Of a stretch of DNA of 32,000 nt, positions 21,052 to 31,074 are shown piece by piece (position 1 is the stretch's first letter; the number at the start of each line of letters is the position of its first letter). Under the pieces are notes generated by a model. It was not told the DNA's origin, did not search any database, and saw only the letters and a list, made by a program, of their open reading frames with translations. The stretch comes from Candidatus Saccharimonadota bacterium (lineage in GTDB: Bacteria > Patescibacteriota > Gracilibacteria > BD1-5 > UBA2023). The stretch spans positions 1,251,674-1,283,673 of the forward strand of contig JAXLZO010000001.1 of NCBI GenBank assembly GCA_046350815.1. The letters run 5' to 3'. Position numbers and translations under genes: made by a program.

Positions 21052-21344
21052 CAATTTATAGATATGCCTTGAAGCTTATTGAGTAAACATGTTAGTAATG
21101 TTTTAATTTGTAAATTCACATAACTAAATTTATAATCACTAGGCGAAAACAAAGAATACAAAAGATGAACAGTAATCAAAATAGAAAGTATTACCCCAAA
21201 GAAAAATCACGCCCTATCTAGATCACTTCCACCAGAGTTGCTGAGAGCCATTGTGAGAAGAAAAGGAAATCCTACTAAAGAAAATACGAATAATCCAAAG
21301 CAAAAAATAAGAACTACTTTAATTACGGTGGGTATTTTTCACAT
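21052..21344 (-). pseudogene. 5' fragment of the membrane-protein gene split by the IS1595 insertion
   Basis: ATG at 21344. It reads MGKIPTVIKVVLIFCFGLFVFSLVGFPFLLT...GFFFGVILSILITVHLLYSLF...LLNKLQGISIN. The present reading frame runs on into the IS and stops at 21029-21027. Confidence 0.6.
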
Positions 21345-21385
21345 AATAATAGAAAAGTTAAAGATATAGTGAGAATAATATAGAA

Positions 21386-22096
21386 TTACCCTACTATTCC
21401 TCTCATGCTCTCAAGAAATGCTCGAACATTTTCGGGTATTTCTTGAGGCATTTTTGCTTCAAGTGTCACGATGAGATCACCTATTTTTCCATTGACTACC
21501 CTCCCCTTTCCAGCAACTTTGAGCTTGGTTCCTGGCTTCGTATTTGGCTTAATCGTGATTGTGAGGTGTTTACCATAGACCGTCTTGATATCAATCTTTG
21601 TACCGAGAATAAAATCAAAGAACGGGATTTCACGAGTCTCTATCACATCAATATTTTCACTCTCTTCATAGTACTCTGGTTGTTTCTTTTGGCGAGATTC
21701 TGTACGTGATGTGTAAGATTGGGTGCCACCAAACTGTGAGAATAAATCACCAAAGTCAAAATCCATTCATGAGCTCTGACTATGGGATCCAGGTCGTGCA
21801 CCACCAAATTGAGAGAAGATATCTTCAAATCCTCAAAATCCCTGTGAAGATCCGCCCTGAAATCCACCAAATGCACCTTCAGCAGATCCGAATTGATCAT
21901 AATTCTTTTTCTTCTTTTCATCTGATAACACTTGATATGCTTCATTGACACTTTTGAATTTTTCCTCCGCATCTTTCGATCCTTTATTGCGATCAGGATG
22001 ATACTTCATCGCCATTTTCTTATACGCCTTCTTGATCTCGTCACTCGATGCTGTTTTTGGAATCCCGAGTGTTTCATAATAATTTTTTTGTGTCAT
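21386..22096 (-). CDS. Minimal J-domain co-chaperone (DnaJ/CbpA-like, 236 aa) lacking the zinc-finger domain
   Basis: Track ORFs 21833-22096 and 21386-21766 share a frame and are joined through two TGA. J domain: [32 protein letters not shown]. Gly/Phe-rich linker: [26 protein letters not shown]. There is one C-terminal beta domain ([24 protein letters not shown]...[12 protein letters not shown]) and no CxxCxGxG repeats. Confidence 0.85.
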
Positions 22097-22190
22097 ATTT
22101 CATCATACTATGTAATAGTATCATTGTATCAAATCTCCAAACTTTCTCAAGAAATGTAAGTAAAACAAATCAATGAAAAGTGAAAAAATT

Positions 22191-22219
22191 TTGACAATAT
22201 GGCATCATCTTTGTAAGGT
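22191..22219 (+). promoter_or_regulatory. Candidate topA promoter
   Basis: TTGACA (22191-22196), a 17-nt spacer, then TAAGGT (22214-22219). The ATG lies 11 nt further on, which implies a very short leader. Confidence 0.4.
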
Positions 22220-22230
22220 AGCAAAAAAAT

Positions 22231-24450
22231 ATGAAAAATCTTGTCATCGTCGAGTCTCCCGCAAAAGGAAAAACCATTGAAAAATACCTTGGAAAAGACT
22301 TTGTAGTAAAAGCATCAGTAGGACACATTCGAGATCTCCCCGCTAAGGGTTTTTGAGTAGATCTCGAGAATAATTTCGAACCAACCTACGAAATCTCAGA
22401 TGGCAAAAAAAAGGTAGTGACCGAACTTAAAAAACTCGTCAAGCAAGCTGAGAAAGTCTGGATTGCTACCGATGAAGACCGTGAAGGAGAAGCGATCGGA
22501 TGGCACCTTTGTCAAGCACTTGGACTTGATCTTGAGACAACTGCTCGTATTGTCTTTCATGAGATTACCAAACCAGCAATCACGCATGCAATCGAACATC
22601 CGAGAACGATTGATATTGATCTCGTCAACGCACAGCAAGCTCGTAGAATCCTCGATCGTATTGTTGGGTACAAAGTATCACCAGTACTCTGGGAGAAAAT
22701 TCAACGTGGCCTGTCCGCATGACGAGTTCAATCCGTTGCAGTACGACTTATCGTTGAACGAGAGAGGGAAATTCTTGCATTCGTTAAGGAGGAATCTTGG
22801 AAGATTCGAACCAATCTCAAAACAACAAAAGAAGAAAATATTATTGCAGAACTCACAAAAATCGGTGGCAAAGCAAAAACGCTCAAAGATATTGTCAGCG
22901 TACAAAAATATCTTGCCACTCTCTGAGTCGCAGTAGCAAATCTCGAGGCAAAAGAGGATAAAAAAGGAAATCTCTCGATTGATCTGAATCTTGTTACACC
23001 TTTTTCGCTTGTATCTCAAGAACAAAAAGCATCGAAACGTTCACCGGGAGCGCCATTTACTACCTCAACTCTCCAACAAGAAGCATCTCGAAAGCTAGGT
23101 TATAGCGTGTCACAAACCATGACGATAGCGCAGATGCTCTACCAAAATGGACACATTACTTACATGCGTACCGACTCCGTCAATCTCTCCGATCTCGCGA
23201 TCAGTGCTTGCTCAAAATATATCGAAGAGCAATTTGGAAGTGAATACAGTGTCAAATGAGGAAGAAAATATAAAACAAAACAATCGAGCGCTCAAGAGGC
23301 ACACGAAGCAATACGCCCAACACACATGGAAAAATCATGAGAAGAAATTGGACTGGAATGAAGTGACGCACGACTCTATCGACTCATACGAGAACGAACT
23401 ATTGCATCACAAATGCGAGATGCAGAAGTGGAAACAACAACCTATCAATTTGCACCGGAAGTTCAAAAGGAGGATATTTGGATAGCAAAAGGTGAAGTCA
23501 TCAAGTTTGATGGGTTTATGAGACTCTATACAGAAGGAACGGATGACGAAGAGACAAGTGAAGACAGTACGCGTCTTCCCGCTCTGAACAATGGAGATAT
23601 ACTCAATTCTGAAACACTCAAAGCCATACAACATTGGAGCAAACCACCAGCACGATATACCGAAGCTCTTCTGGTTAAAAAACTTGAAAGTGAAGGGATC
23701 GGTCGTCCATCAACCTATGCCCCAACTATAACCACTATTATCGACCGTGGTTATGTAGAAAAAGAAGAAAAACGCCTCAGGCCTACAGATATTGCCATGA
23801 CAGTGACTGATTTTCTCTCAAAGTATTTTGAGCAAATGATGGATTATAAGTTCACAGCAAATGTCGAAGAACAATTTGATACCATTGCAGAAGGAAAGCT
23901 CGAATGGCAGAAAATGCTTACCACTTTCTATACGGGACTTGAAAAACAGATTGAAGGATCTGGGGCAATCAAAGGGAAGATTGAAGAGAAAGTGGGTAGA
24001 AATTGTCCAGAATGTGGCAAAGAACTTGTCTATAAATTCAGTCGCGGTGGAAAGTTCGTAGGATGTTCCGGATATCCAGAGTGTAAATATCTCGAATCCG
24101 TCGTAAATCCAAAACTTCAAGCACTCAAAGACAAATACGACGGACTCCCTTGTGAAGCTGGTGGAACTATTATTGTTCGTACCGGAAGATTTGGACCGTT
24201 TCTCTCATCAAGTCTCTATCCGGAAGTAAAATGGATAGGGAAAATCAGCGACTTCGAAGGGGCAGAACTCACTGCAAAGTATGGTTGACACAAATGTGAT
24301 AAATGTTGAGAAGGTATTATGAAAGTAAAGTTCAGTAAAAAATGACCATTTCTCGCATGTAGCAGATATCCAGAGTGTAAAAATGCAGAGAATCTCCCAA
24401 AGGAAGCTCTCGAAAAATCCCCAACTCCCGAAGATAGCGAAGAAAAGTAA
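22231..24450 (+). CDS. topA: DNA topoisomerase I (739 aa)
   Basis: ATG at 22231, TAA at 24448-24450. Nine in-frame TGA join track ORFs 22417-22722 and 23413-24288 with the gaps I read. TOPRIM motifs: [15 protein letters not shown] and [11 protein letters not shown]. Also [19 protein letters not shown], with the TGA at 22720-22722. Active-site motif ITYMRTDS. C-terminal Zn ribbons: CPECGKEL...CSGYPEC and CDKCGEG...CSRYPEC. Confidence 0.95.
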
Positions 24451-24475
24451 AATCCCCCTAGGGGGATTTTTGTTC
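24449..24475. terminator. Bidirectional intrinsic terminator between topA and the convergent small gene
   Basis: Perfect palindrome AAAATCCCCCTAGGGGGATTTT followed by T-rich sequence. The TAG stop (24460-24458) of the minus-strand gene lies in the hairpin loop. Confidence 0.75.
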
Positions 24476-24778
24476 TTGATTCCGATCCACAGCACGGATA
24501 TTTAATTGCATATCAGCCATGGGAAGGAACGGTAAATCACAGCTTGGTATCTTCATATCACCATTTACAAGATGTACCTCCAATTCCTTTAAGGTGGATA
24601 ATGACACTTTCGTCACCTTATTATTCCCAAGAATGCGATATTGAATCTCCACATTCAGTAATATCTCCGGTAATAAATAAGGTGGTATCAGCTGTTTCCT
24701 CCGGAACCACAGCGTCATACCAATACCCAAAATGAATCCAATAAATAAGAAGACAAAATTTTCAAGAAATATAGACAT
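24458..24778 (-). CDS. Small membrane-anchored protein of unknown function (106 aa)
   Basis: It is part of track ORF 24458-24811. I prefer the ATG at 24778 because the sequence MSIFLENFVFLFIGFILGIGMTLWFRRK forms an N-terminal TM helix. There are no in-frame TGA. Confidence 0.55.
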   Translation of the reverse strand: MSIFLENFVFLFIGFILGIGMTLWFRRKQLIPPYLLPEILLNVEIQYRILGNNKVTKVSLSTLKELEVHLVNGDMKIPSCDLPFLPMADMQLNIRAVDRNQEQKSP

Positions 24779-24906
24779 AGTTCTTCTCCTTCTTGAACTA
24801 CTGATACACATTTGAGATTATGATATTTATTCAGATTTTCGCAAATTATTTCTCGACAAAACTCTGAATCCGATACAATAGAAATCTTCCTTCAATACTC
24901 AATACT

Positions 24907-25392
24907 ATGTCTACAGTAAAAGAATATCAAGCGATTTTTACTACTCGAGCTCTCATTATTCATGAAAATAAACTTCTCATTGTTCGTCATTCAAATCCAC
25001 ATTCAACATACTATGCGCTCCCAGGTGGCAAGCTCGAATGAGACGAATCACTCATTAATGGACTCAAAAGAGAGATTTATGAGGAACTCAATATCAATGC
25101 CGAGATTGGACCTCTCGCACTTGTTCATGAATTTATACACCCAATATATGGCGGACGAAGAATCGAGTTTTTCTACACTATTCAAAATACTCACGAGTTT
25201 CTTACACTTCAAAATCAAGAGAACAATACATCATCTCACGCATTCGAAATTTCAGAAATTCTCTGGGTAGATATTGCAGATATAGCAAATGGTACTATCG
25301 ATCTCAAGCCCTATTGTCTGAGAGATCTCTTCAAAAGTGACCAGCTACAAAATATACAATCTTTCAATCCACACTATGTGAGTCAATACTAA
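24907..25392 (+). CDS. Nudix hydrolase (161 aa)
   Basis: ATG at 24907, TAA at 25390-25392. Nudix box GGKLE-G-DESLINGLKREIYEELNI, with the Gly at 25039-25041 encoded by TGA. Confidence 0.85.
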
Positions 25393-26167
25393 AACTTCTC
25401 TCGTACTAGGCGGTGGTGGTATCCGATGATGTGCACACATTGGCGTCTATAAAAGAATGTGTGAACTCTGAATACAACCAGATGAAATTGTTGGAACGAG
25501 TATTGGTGCAATTGTTGGTGCATTTATAGCGTTTGGACTCTCTGCGGATGATATGGAAAATATTATCAAGAGTATTCCGACCACCATTCTTCTCTCACCA
25601 GATTTGAAGACTGGGCTTCTCTCTCAAAAGGGTATGATCAAGTATTTCTCAAAGTTTCTTGGCACATCCGCACGAATAGAAGATGCTCATATACCACTCA
25701 AGATTGTCGTAACAAACTTTGATACAGGAGAGAAAGAGATCCTCACCTCATGACCTCTCCTCCCCGCTATTGCAGCCTCAGCTGCTATACCAAGCCTCTT
25801 TACTCCAGTTCTTATTGATAAGTATCGTTATATTGACGGTGGGATTGTCGACAATCTTGCTGTCAGTGAAGCAAGCTACGAGCATATCATTGCAGTCAGT
25901 GTAGTGGGTGGCAGCATCATGAAGAAATCAAAGAGAAAAAAGGCTTCCGTTTTCTGAATCAACATCTTTACGCCATATCGTGCCTACGAAGATCTCATTC
26001 AAGCGTTCAAGATCATGCTTATGCAAAATGAACTCGCAAAATTTTGAGAGAAAAGAGAGAAAATAACCCTAATTAAACCCAATGTTGATGGAGTCAATCT
26101 CCTCCAAATCAACAAAGCACTTTATGCAATGAGGCAAGGATATATTGCAGGAAAAGAAAGTCTATAA
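25376..26167 (+). CDS. Patatin-like phospholipase (263 aa)
   Basis: The ATG at 25376 overlaps the Nudix gene by 17 nt. Oxyanion motif LGGGGIR-G (TGA at 25427-25429), nucleophile elbow GTSIGA and catalytic Asp motif YIDGGIVDN. Track ORF 25553-25753 is the central piece. Confidence 0.85.
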
Positions 26168-26189
26168 AACTCCGCTTAAGCGGAGTTTT
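26166..26189. terminator. Bidirectional intrinsic terminator
   Basis: Perfect palindrome AAAACTCCGCTTAAGCGGAGTTTT, between the patatin stop (26167) and the convergent stop at 26193-26195. Confidence 0.75.
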
Positions 26190-26192
26190 ATA

Positions 26193-28637
26193 TTAAAATT
26201 GATCAATATAAGTTGTAAATATATACATATCAAATGCATTTCAATATGTATTTTTCACATATCCAGATGCTGGACCGTATATAGTTCCAGTTCCAGGATC
26301 AGAAAATTGGTGATCAAATGTTTGAACTCCTAAGTGAGTAATCGTATTTGGAAGCGTAACAGATGTAAGGTTATTATAAGCAAATGCTAAGCTACCTATA
26401 GTAGCCATCCCTTGAGGAATAACAACCGTAGTAAGTTGATTGTTTGCGAATGCATAAAATCATTCATACAGTCATCAAATAAATGTGGTGCCAGGAGCAA
26501 ATGATAGCGATGATATTTGATTATAACGAAAGGCTTCACTTCATATTGAAGCTCCAGTTGACAATAGCACAAGATCAGTAATTTGATTATTCGCAAATGC
26601 TCGATCTCAAATACTCGTTACGCTTGATGGAATCGTCAAATGAGTAAAATTATTATACTGAAAAGCTCACCCAGAAACACCTCATCAAATACTCGTTACA
26701 CTTGATGGAATCGTCAACGAAGATATCTGATTATTTACAAAAGCTCATTCGGCGATACCCACAACGCCTCATGGAATCGTCAACGAAGATAGCTGATTAT
26801 TTCGAAAACCATTATATGGAATGTAGAGCAGATTTTGTGATAAAGTAAGAGAACTGATTTGATTAAAGGCAAATGCATAACTACCGACCTGATCGATACT
26901 ATCAGGAAGATCAAGTATTGAGATATTGTTTCCATAAAATGCATAACTACCGATATTTGTAATTCCATTCGGTATAACAGCACTGTTGAGACCTTTATTT
27001 TGAAAAACCGAAGAACTAATAGCCGTCACATTAACTCATCAAATGTTACACGGAATAACAACATCAGATGGACCATTATATGCTGTAATAGTTTTCGTGG
27101 AGGCATTAAATGTAAAATAACTTTCATCTGTCACATTTGATGCATTGGTACACACCACTTCTGGAGGTGGAAGACTAATCTCCAGTTCATGTTGAGACCC
27201 CACATAAAAATCAGTTGAACTCGTTGATCCTGTACAACCATAGGGAGTAACATCGAGAAAGCTTGACTGTGGAGTACAAGCTATACTCGCATATGGAGTC
27301 TCAAATGCTATATTCGATGGCATATTAGTACTGCCAGCAAGAATAGTAACGGGAGATTGATAGTTGCTATCTAGAATGAATGTATCAATCACATATCCAT
27401 CCACCGTATCATCTATGAGTGACCCAGGAGTAATCGTCGTAATAGTCACTCCATAAGTTGCATAGAGAGATATAGTAAGAGGCCCTATATATCCATAGTA
27501 GGTATTCCCCATAATACTATACTCTCCCATAGTAAGTATATGACTTACCGGTCATCCTCCTCCACCTCCAGAATCACCACCCCCAGAACCTGATCCACTC
27601 CCCGTACCACTATTCATCCCCAAAAGACTCTTCTCATCAAAGCTTCCATTCTTCAGAGCATTGAGTGATCCAGTAGAAATAGAGGTAGAGAAATATTCAT
27701 CATTTCAAGAAGATCAAACAAGAATATCATAATTACTACTATCACTCAAAGAGATATCTCTACTTCCTGTACCCGTTACTCCATTCTGAAGAGGTTGCTT
27801 ACTTCCCTTGGAGAGAAAGATTCAGAGTCTATCTCCTGCAGAGTAGGGATATCTGGAGGAGAGATCAACAGTACTACTGTCGAGTGCATAGGCAGTACTG
27901 AAGGGATACATTATATCTCAGGCGTACGCCTGAGATACTTTCATTCCTTCCATTGTTCCTTCTGTTGCTTCACGAAGTGAAGCAGAAAGCATACCTCAAA
28001 AGTCTGAGAAGGTTCCAAGAAGAGACTGCGAAGCAGTCTCTTGTATTCCTTTCAATTGTCCTCCAAACTTATCCACTCCAACTTCTTGATTCCCCCTGTT
28101 CAGATTATCATCTCCTCTTCCACTTCATCCACCATCCAATCATCCTTCATTCATTCCAATCTTCTCATTTCCATGAAACTTTCTTCCAGCAATCTCTATA
28201 GTCCTCTCAAATCTTGGATTCTCAAGGTATGCAAGAAACTGTGCTTGGTCGTAGTGTTGATTGACTCGATAGGTATAGGGTATATTGTCTTTGGGATCAA
28301 AGATCTTATCTGATCCATACCCAAGAGGATTCACAATACTCGTACTCATGAATCCTTGGTATCCAATGAATGTTCCACTGACAGTGAGAGATACACTATC
28401 TGCTATGGGAGTAGGAAGCTTTCGAAGTTGTGCACTCGTAATCCTTGCACTCTCTGACAATGTCTTAATATCACTAATTCTCTTTCCATCTCTTGCTACT
28501 GATGACTGATGACTCATCACTACAAACCCTATCACGGATAGTATAGAGAGTATGGTGATGACTACTATGAGTTCGGTGAGGGTGAAGGCGGAATGTTTCT
28601 TGGAGAGGGAAGCAATCTTATTACGTATATTTTGTAT
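26193..28637 (-). CDS. Giant modular type IV pilin-like protein: prepilin N-terminus, pilin-like globular region, Gly/Ser linker, beta domain, C-terminal BspA-type LRRs (~814 aa; start codon uncertain)
   Basis: It joins track ORFs 28140-28535, 27039-27530 and 26769-27029, which share one frame. I checked all gaps codon by codon: 21 in-frame TGA. TAA at 26195-26193. N-terminus ...SLSKKHSA/FTLTELIVVITILSILSVIGFVV, a class III signal-like sequence. No ATG, GTG or TTG lies between the upstream in-frame TAA (28643-28641) and the FTLTE motif; only ATA (28637, 28628) or ATT (28616) are available. LRR units include IPNGITNIGSYAF, LPDSIDQVGSYAF, IPSSVTSIG and IPQGMATIGSLAF. Confidence 0.7.
26607..26810. 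repeat. Near-identical DNA copies of LRR-unit coding sequence
   Basis: 26607-26639 and 26685-26717 are 32/33 identical with a 78-nt offset. 26705-26744 and 26771-26810 are about 36/40 identical with a 66-nt offset. Confidence 0.8.
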
Positions 28638-28678
28638 ATGTTAAAATAATGGGGATATGGAGCATTTAGATATAAGTT

Positions 28679-30940
28679 CTAATTTAATCATGTAAGAGGT
28701 GGTTCTATATGGAGTGTGTTGTAACCATTAGTACGATCCCCCCAACAAGCCACACTATTGTCATTTTTTAAAGCACAAGTATGGTACTCTCAAGCATCGA
28801 TGTCAACTACATTACTCAATCATACTGGAACATTTGTCTGTCCATATCAGTTGTCACCCCAACATATAACATTTCATCATGTAATCGCACATGCGTGAGA
28901 GTCACCAACAGTTACCTTAGTAATACCAGTAGTATTTGGTATTGTCCATGGTGCTACCCACTGATTTCAGTTAGCCTTGCGTCACCAACACATCACAGAT
29001 TGATCATCATGACGTATACCACAGGTATCATACCAGCCAGCAGATATAAAATCGAATGCAAATCAAGGTGCTTCGTTTTCACTTCACCAGCAAACCACTC
29101 AACCTCTATTATCGAGAGCACAGCTATGTTCTGCTCATGTTGTTACCTGAACAAAATCAGTTCGTGAAGTTATTTCAGCTGGAACATCTTGCCCATAACA
29201 TTTTATACTACCGTTTGAATTCAGTGCACATACATGTTGCCAATTGATATCTATGCCTGATTCATTGCTAAAATATCCAGTTGGTATCTCTTCAATTTCA
29301 TCCCAGTTATTATACTCATTGTCATACCCATCACTTCACCAGCAAGAAACATTTCCATCGCTTGTGCGAACACATCCGTTCCATCATCCAACATCAATAT
29401 GTGTTGCGTTTGTGATTCATGGTGGAAAATTTTTTGCTCCGTACCAATTGTAACCCCAGCATATAATTCATCCGGTGGAGCTAATTCCACAAGTATGATC
29501 TACTCATGCTGCAATACGTTTTTCTGTTACAATTGGAGAAAAATGAATGACTGGTGGTGGCGGAGGTGGAGGATCAATCTGAATTTGAATATAAGGAAAT
29601 AACAATGATGAGGAGATTGAAACGGTTTGCCCGTTGGGTGTTATATTAGATTGGCTTTTTTGTTCAAAACTTGTTCAATAATCAGTATCCGTTGTCGCCC
29701 ACCATGTTCCCAAATCCCCAAGAAGTACATTTTCATCAAAATCAAGATAGGTAAGATGGGTAAGATTCTCGAGAGAATCAGGAACAGTATTTATATCTAA
29801 GTTATGCCAGAAAGATAGTTCTGTTAAATTTGATAAATTTCCAATAAACTCAGGTATGATAGAGATTTGATTGTAAGATAGATAGAGTTTTTGTAGCCCA
29901 GTAAGAGATTGAATCTCTAATGGAACTACTGTGAATGAATTATTTCCAAGATCAAGTATTTCTACATCCCGCAACTTCGCAACAGCATTTGGAATATCTG
30001 TAAGCCCCAGATTATTCCATTGAAGATTGGTCATCGCACACCAATCTTCAGCTGTATAACTCTCTCACTTTACAGCGTTGAGATCAATTACTTCTTGACT
30101 TGTGAGTCCACATGTTGGATCATTCGATCCACCACCTGATCCCGACCCGCTACCACTACTCGATCAACTTGATGCTACGATCGTAGCGCCTGCAAGCAAG
30201 GTATCAAGTCCGTTGTTCGTCTTGAGAGCAGTAGTTCCAGTTCCTTCGATAGCAGAAAGTTTAAGGGATTCATTCACATAGAGGAAATAGTTCGTATCTA
30301 TACCAGATGATCCAAGATCAAGAGTGCCTGTATTGGTATTTGTATTGTAGATTAATGCATTTGCTGGCTCATTGGTGGTACTACTTAAAATAATACCGAG
30401 CTTATCTCCATAGACATAGGGAACTCTCTTGGAGAAATCAGTTGCTTGAGCAGTATTGATTCAAAGAAAGGTAGAAAAATCAGCAAGAAGAATATCACCT
30501 CGAGAGATAGATGACGAGCCATTTTCAAGATAGGCAAGATACTGACTCTTGTCCCTTGCTTGTCCTACCCGGTAGATATAGGGAGTATGGTCTTGAGGAT
30601 CATAGACACTATCTGAGTATCCATAGGCTTGTGCTACGTATCATGACATATATCCTTGCCATCCAATATCGATACCACTTACGGTAAGTGCAATAGCTTG
30701 ATCTGGGAGAGGAAGCATTCTCTGTTGTACTGCCTGAAGCTGACTCGCATCATAGATATTCTTAATGCTCGCCAAACGATTTGAATCACGAGCAGATACG
30801 GTAGCATCATTCATCATAATAAATGCTACCAAACCAAGGATGGAGAGGATGGTGATGACAATGATGAGTTCTACGAGGGTGAATCAGGAGTGTTTCTTTG
30901 AGAGAGAAAATATAACTCTTGAGCTACTTAAGTCTTTCAT
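28679..30940 (-). CDS. Giant modular type IV pilin-like protein: canonical prepilin signal, pilin-like region, Gly/Ser linker, classic LRR domain, Pro-rich linker, 7-blade RCC1-like beta-propeller (753 aa)
   Basis: ATG at 30940, TAG at 28681-28679. I checked every codon outside track ORFs 30641-30832 and 29675-30034: 23 in-frame TGA and no TAA or TAG. Leader MKDLSSSRVIFSLSKKHS-G/FTLVELIIVITILSILGLVAF, with the -1 Gly encoded by TGA (30884-30886). LRR units such as LRDVEILDLGNNSFTVVPLEIQSLTGLQKLYLSYNQISIIPEFIGNLSNLTEL. Linker PPPPPPP. Seven blades of the form HTCGI..GGIICWG, ending in GDNGYGQTNVP and YHTCALKNDNSVACWG. Confidence 0.85.
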
Positions 30941-31004
30941 AAATAGAATTGATAAGATAAAATACTATTTATTTTGTTTCATCATACTTTCAGCAGAAAT
31001 GCAA

Positions 31005-31033
31005 AAAATATCACGGATGAAGTGATGTTTCAA
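31005..31033 (-). promoter_or_regulatory. Candidate promoter for the pilin-like gene pair
   Basis: On the minus strand: TTGAAA (31033-31028), a 17-nt spacer, then TATTTT (31010-31005). It lies about 65 nt upstream of the ATG at 30940. The match is weak. Confidence 0.25.
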
Positions 31034-31074
31034 GTAGACGAATATTTTGCATAGTTTGTGGTACATTTTAGAGT

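Noticed and set aside
26400-27030. Regularly spaced DNA repeats that could superficially suggest a CRISPR array
   Set aside because: The repeats are in-frame leucine-rich-repeat coding units of 66-78 nt period within one long ORF. There is no constant repeat with unique spacers and there are no cas genes.
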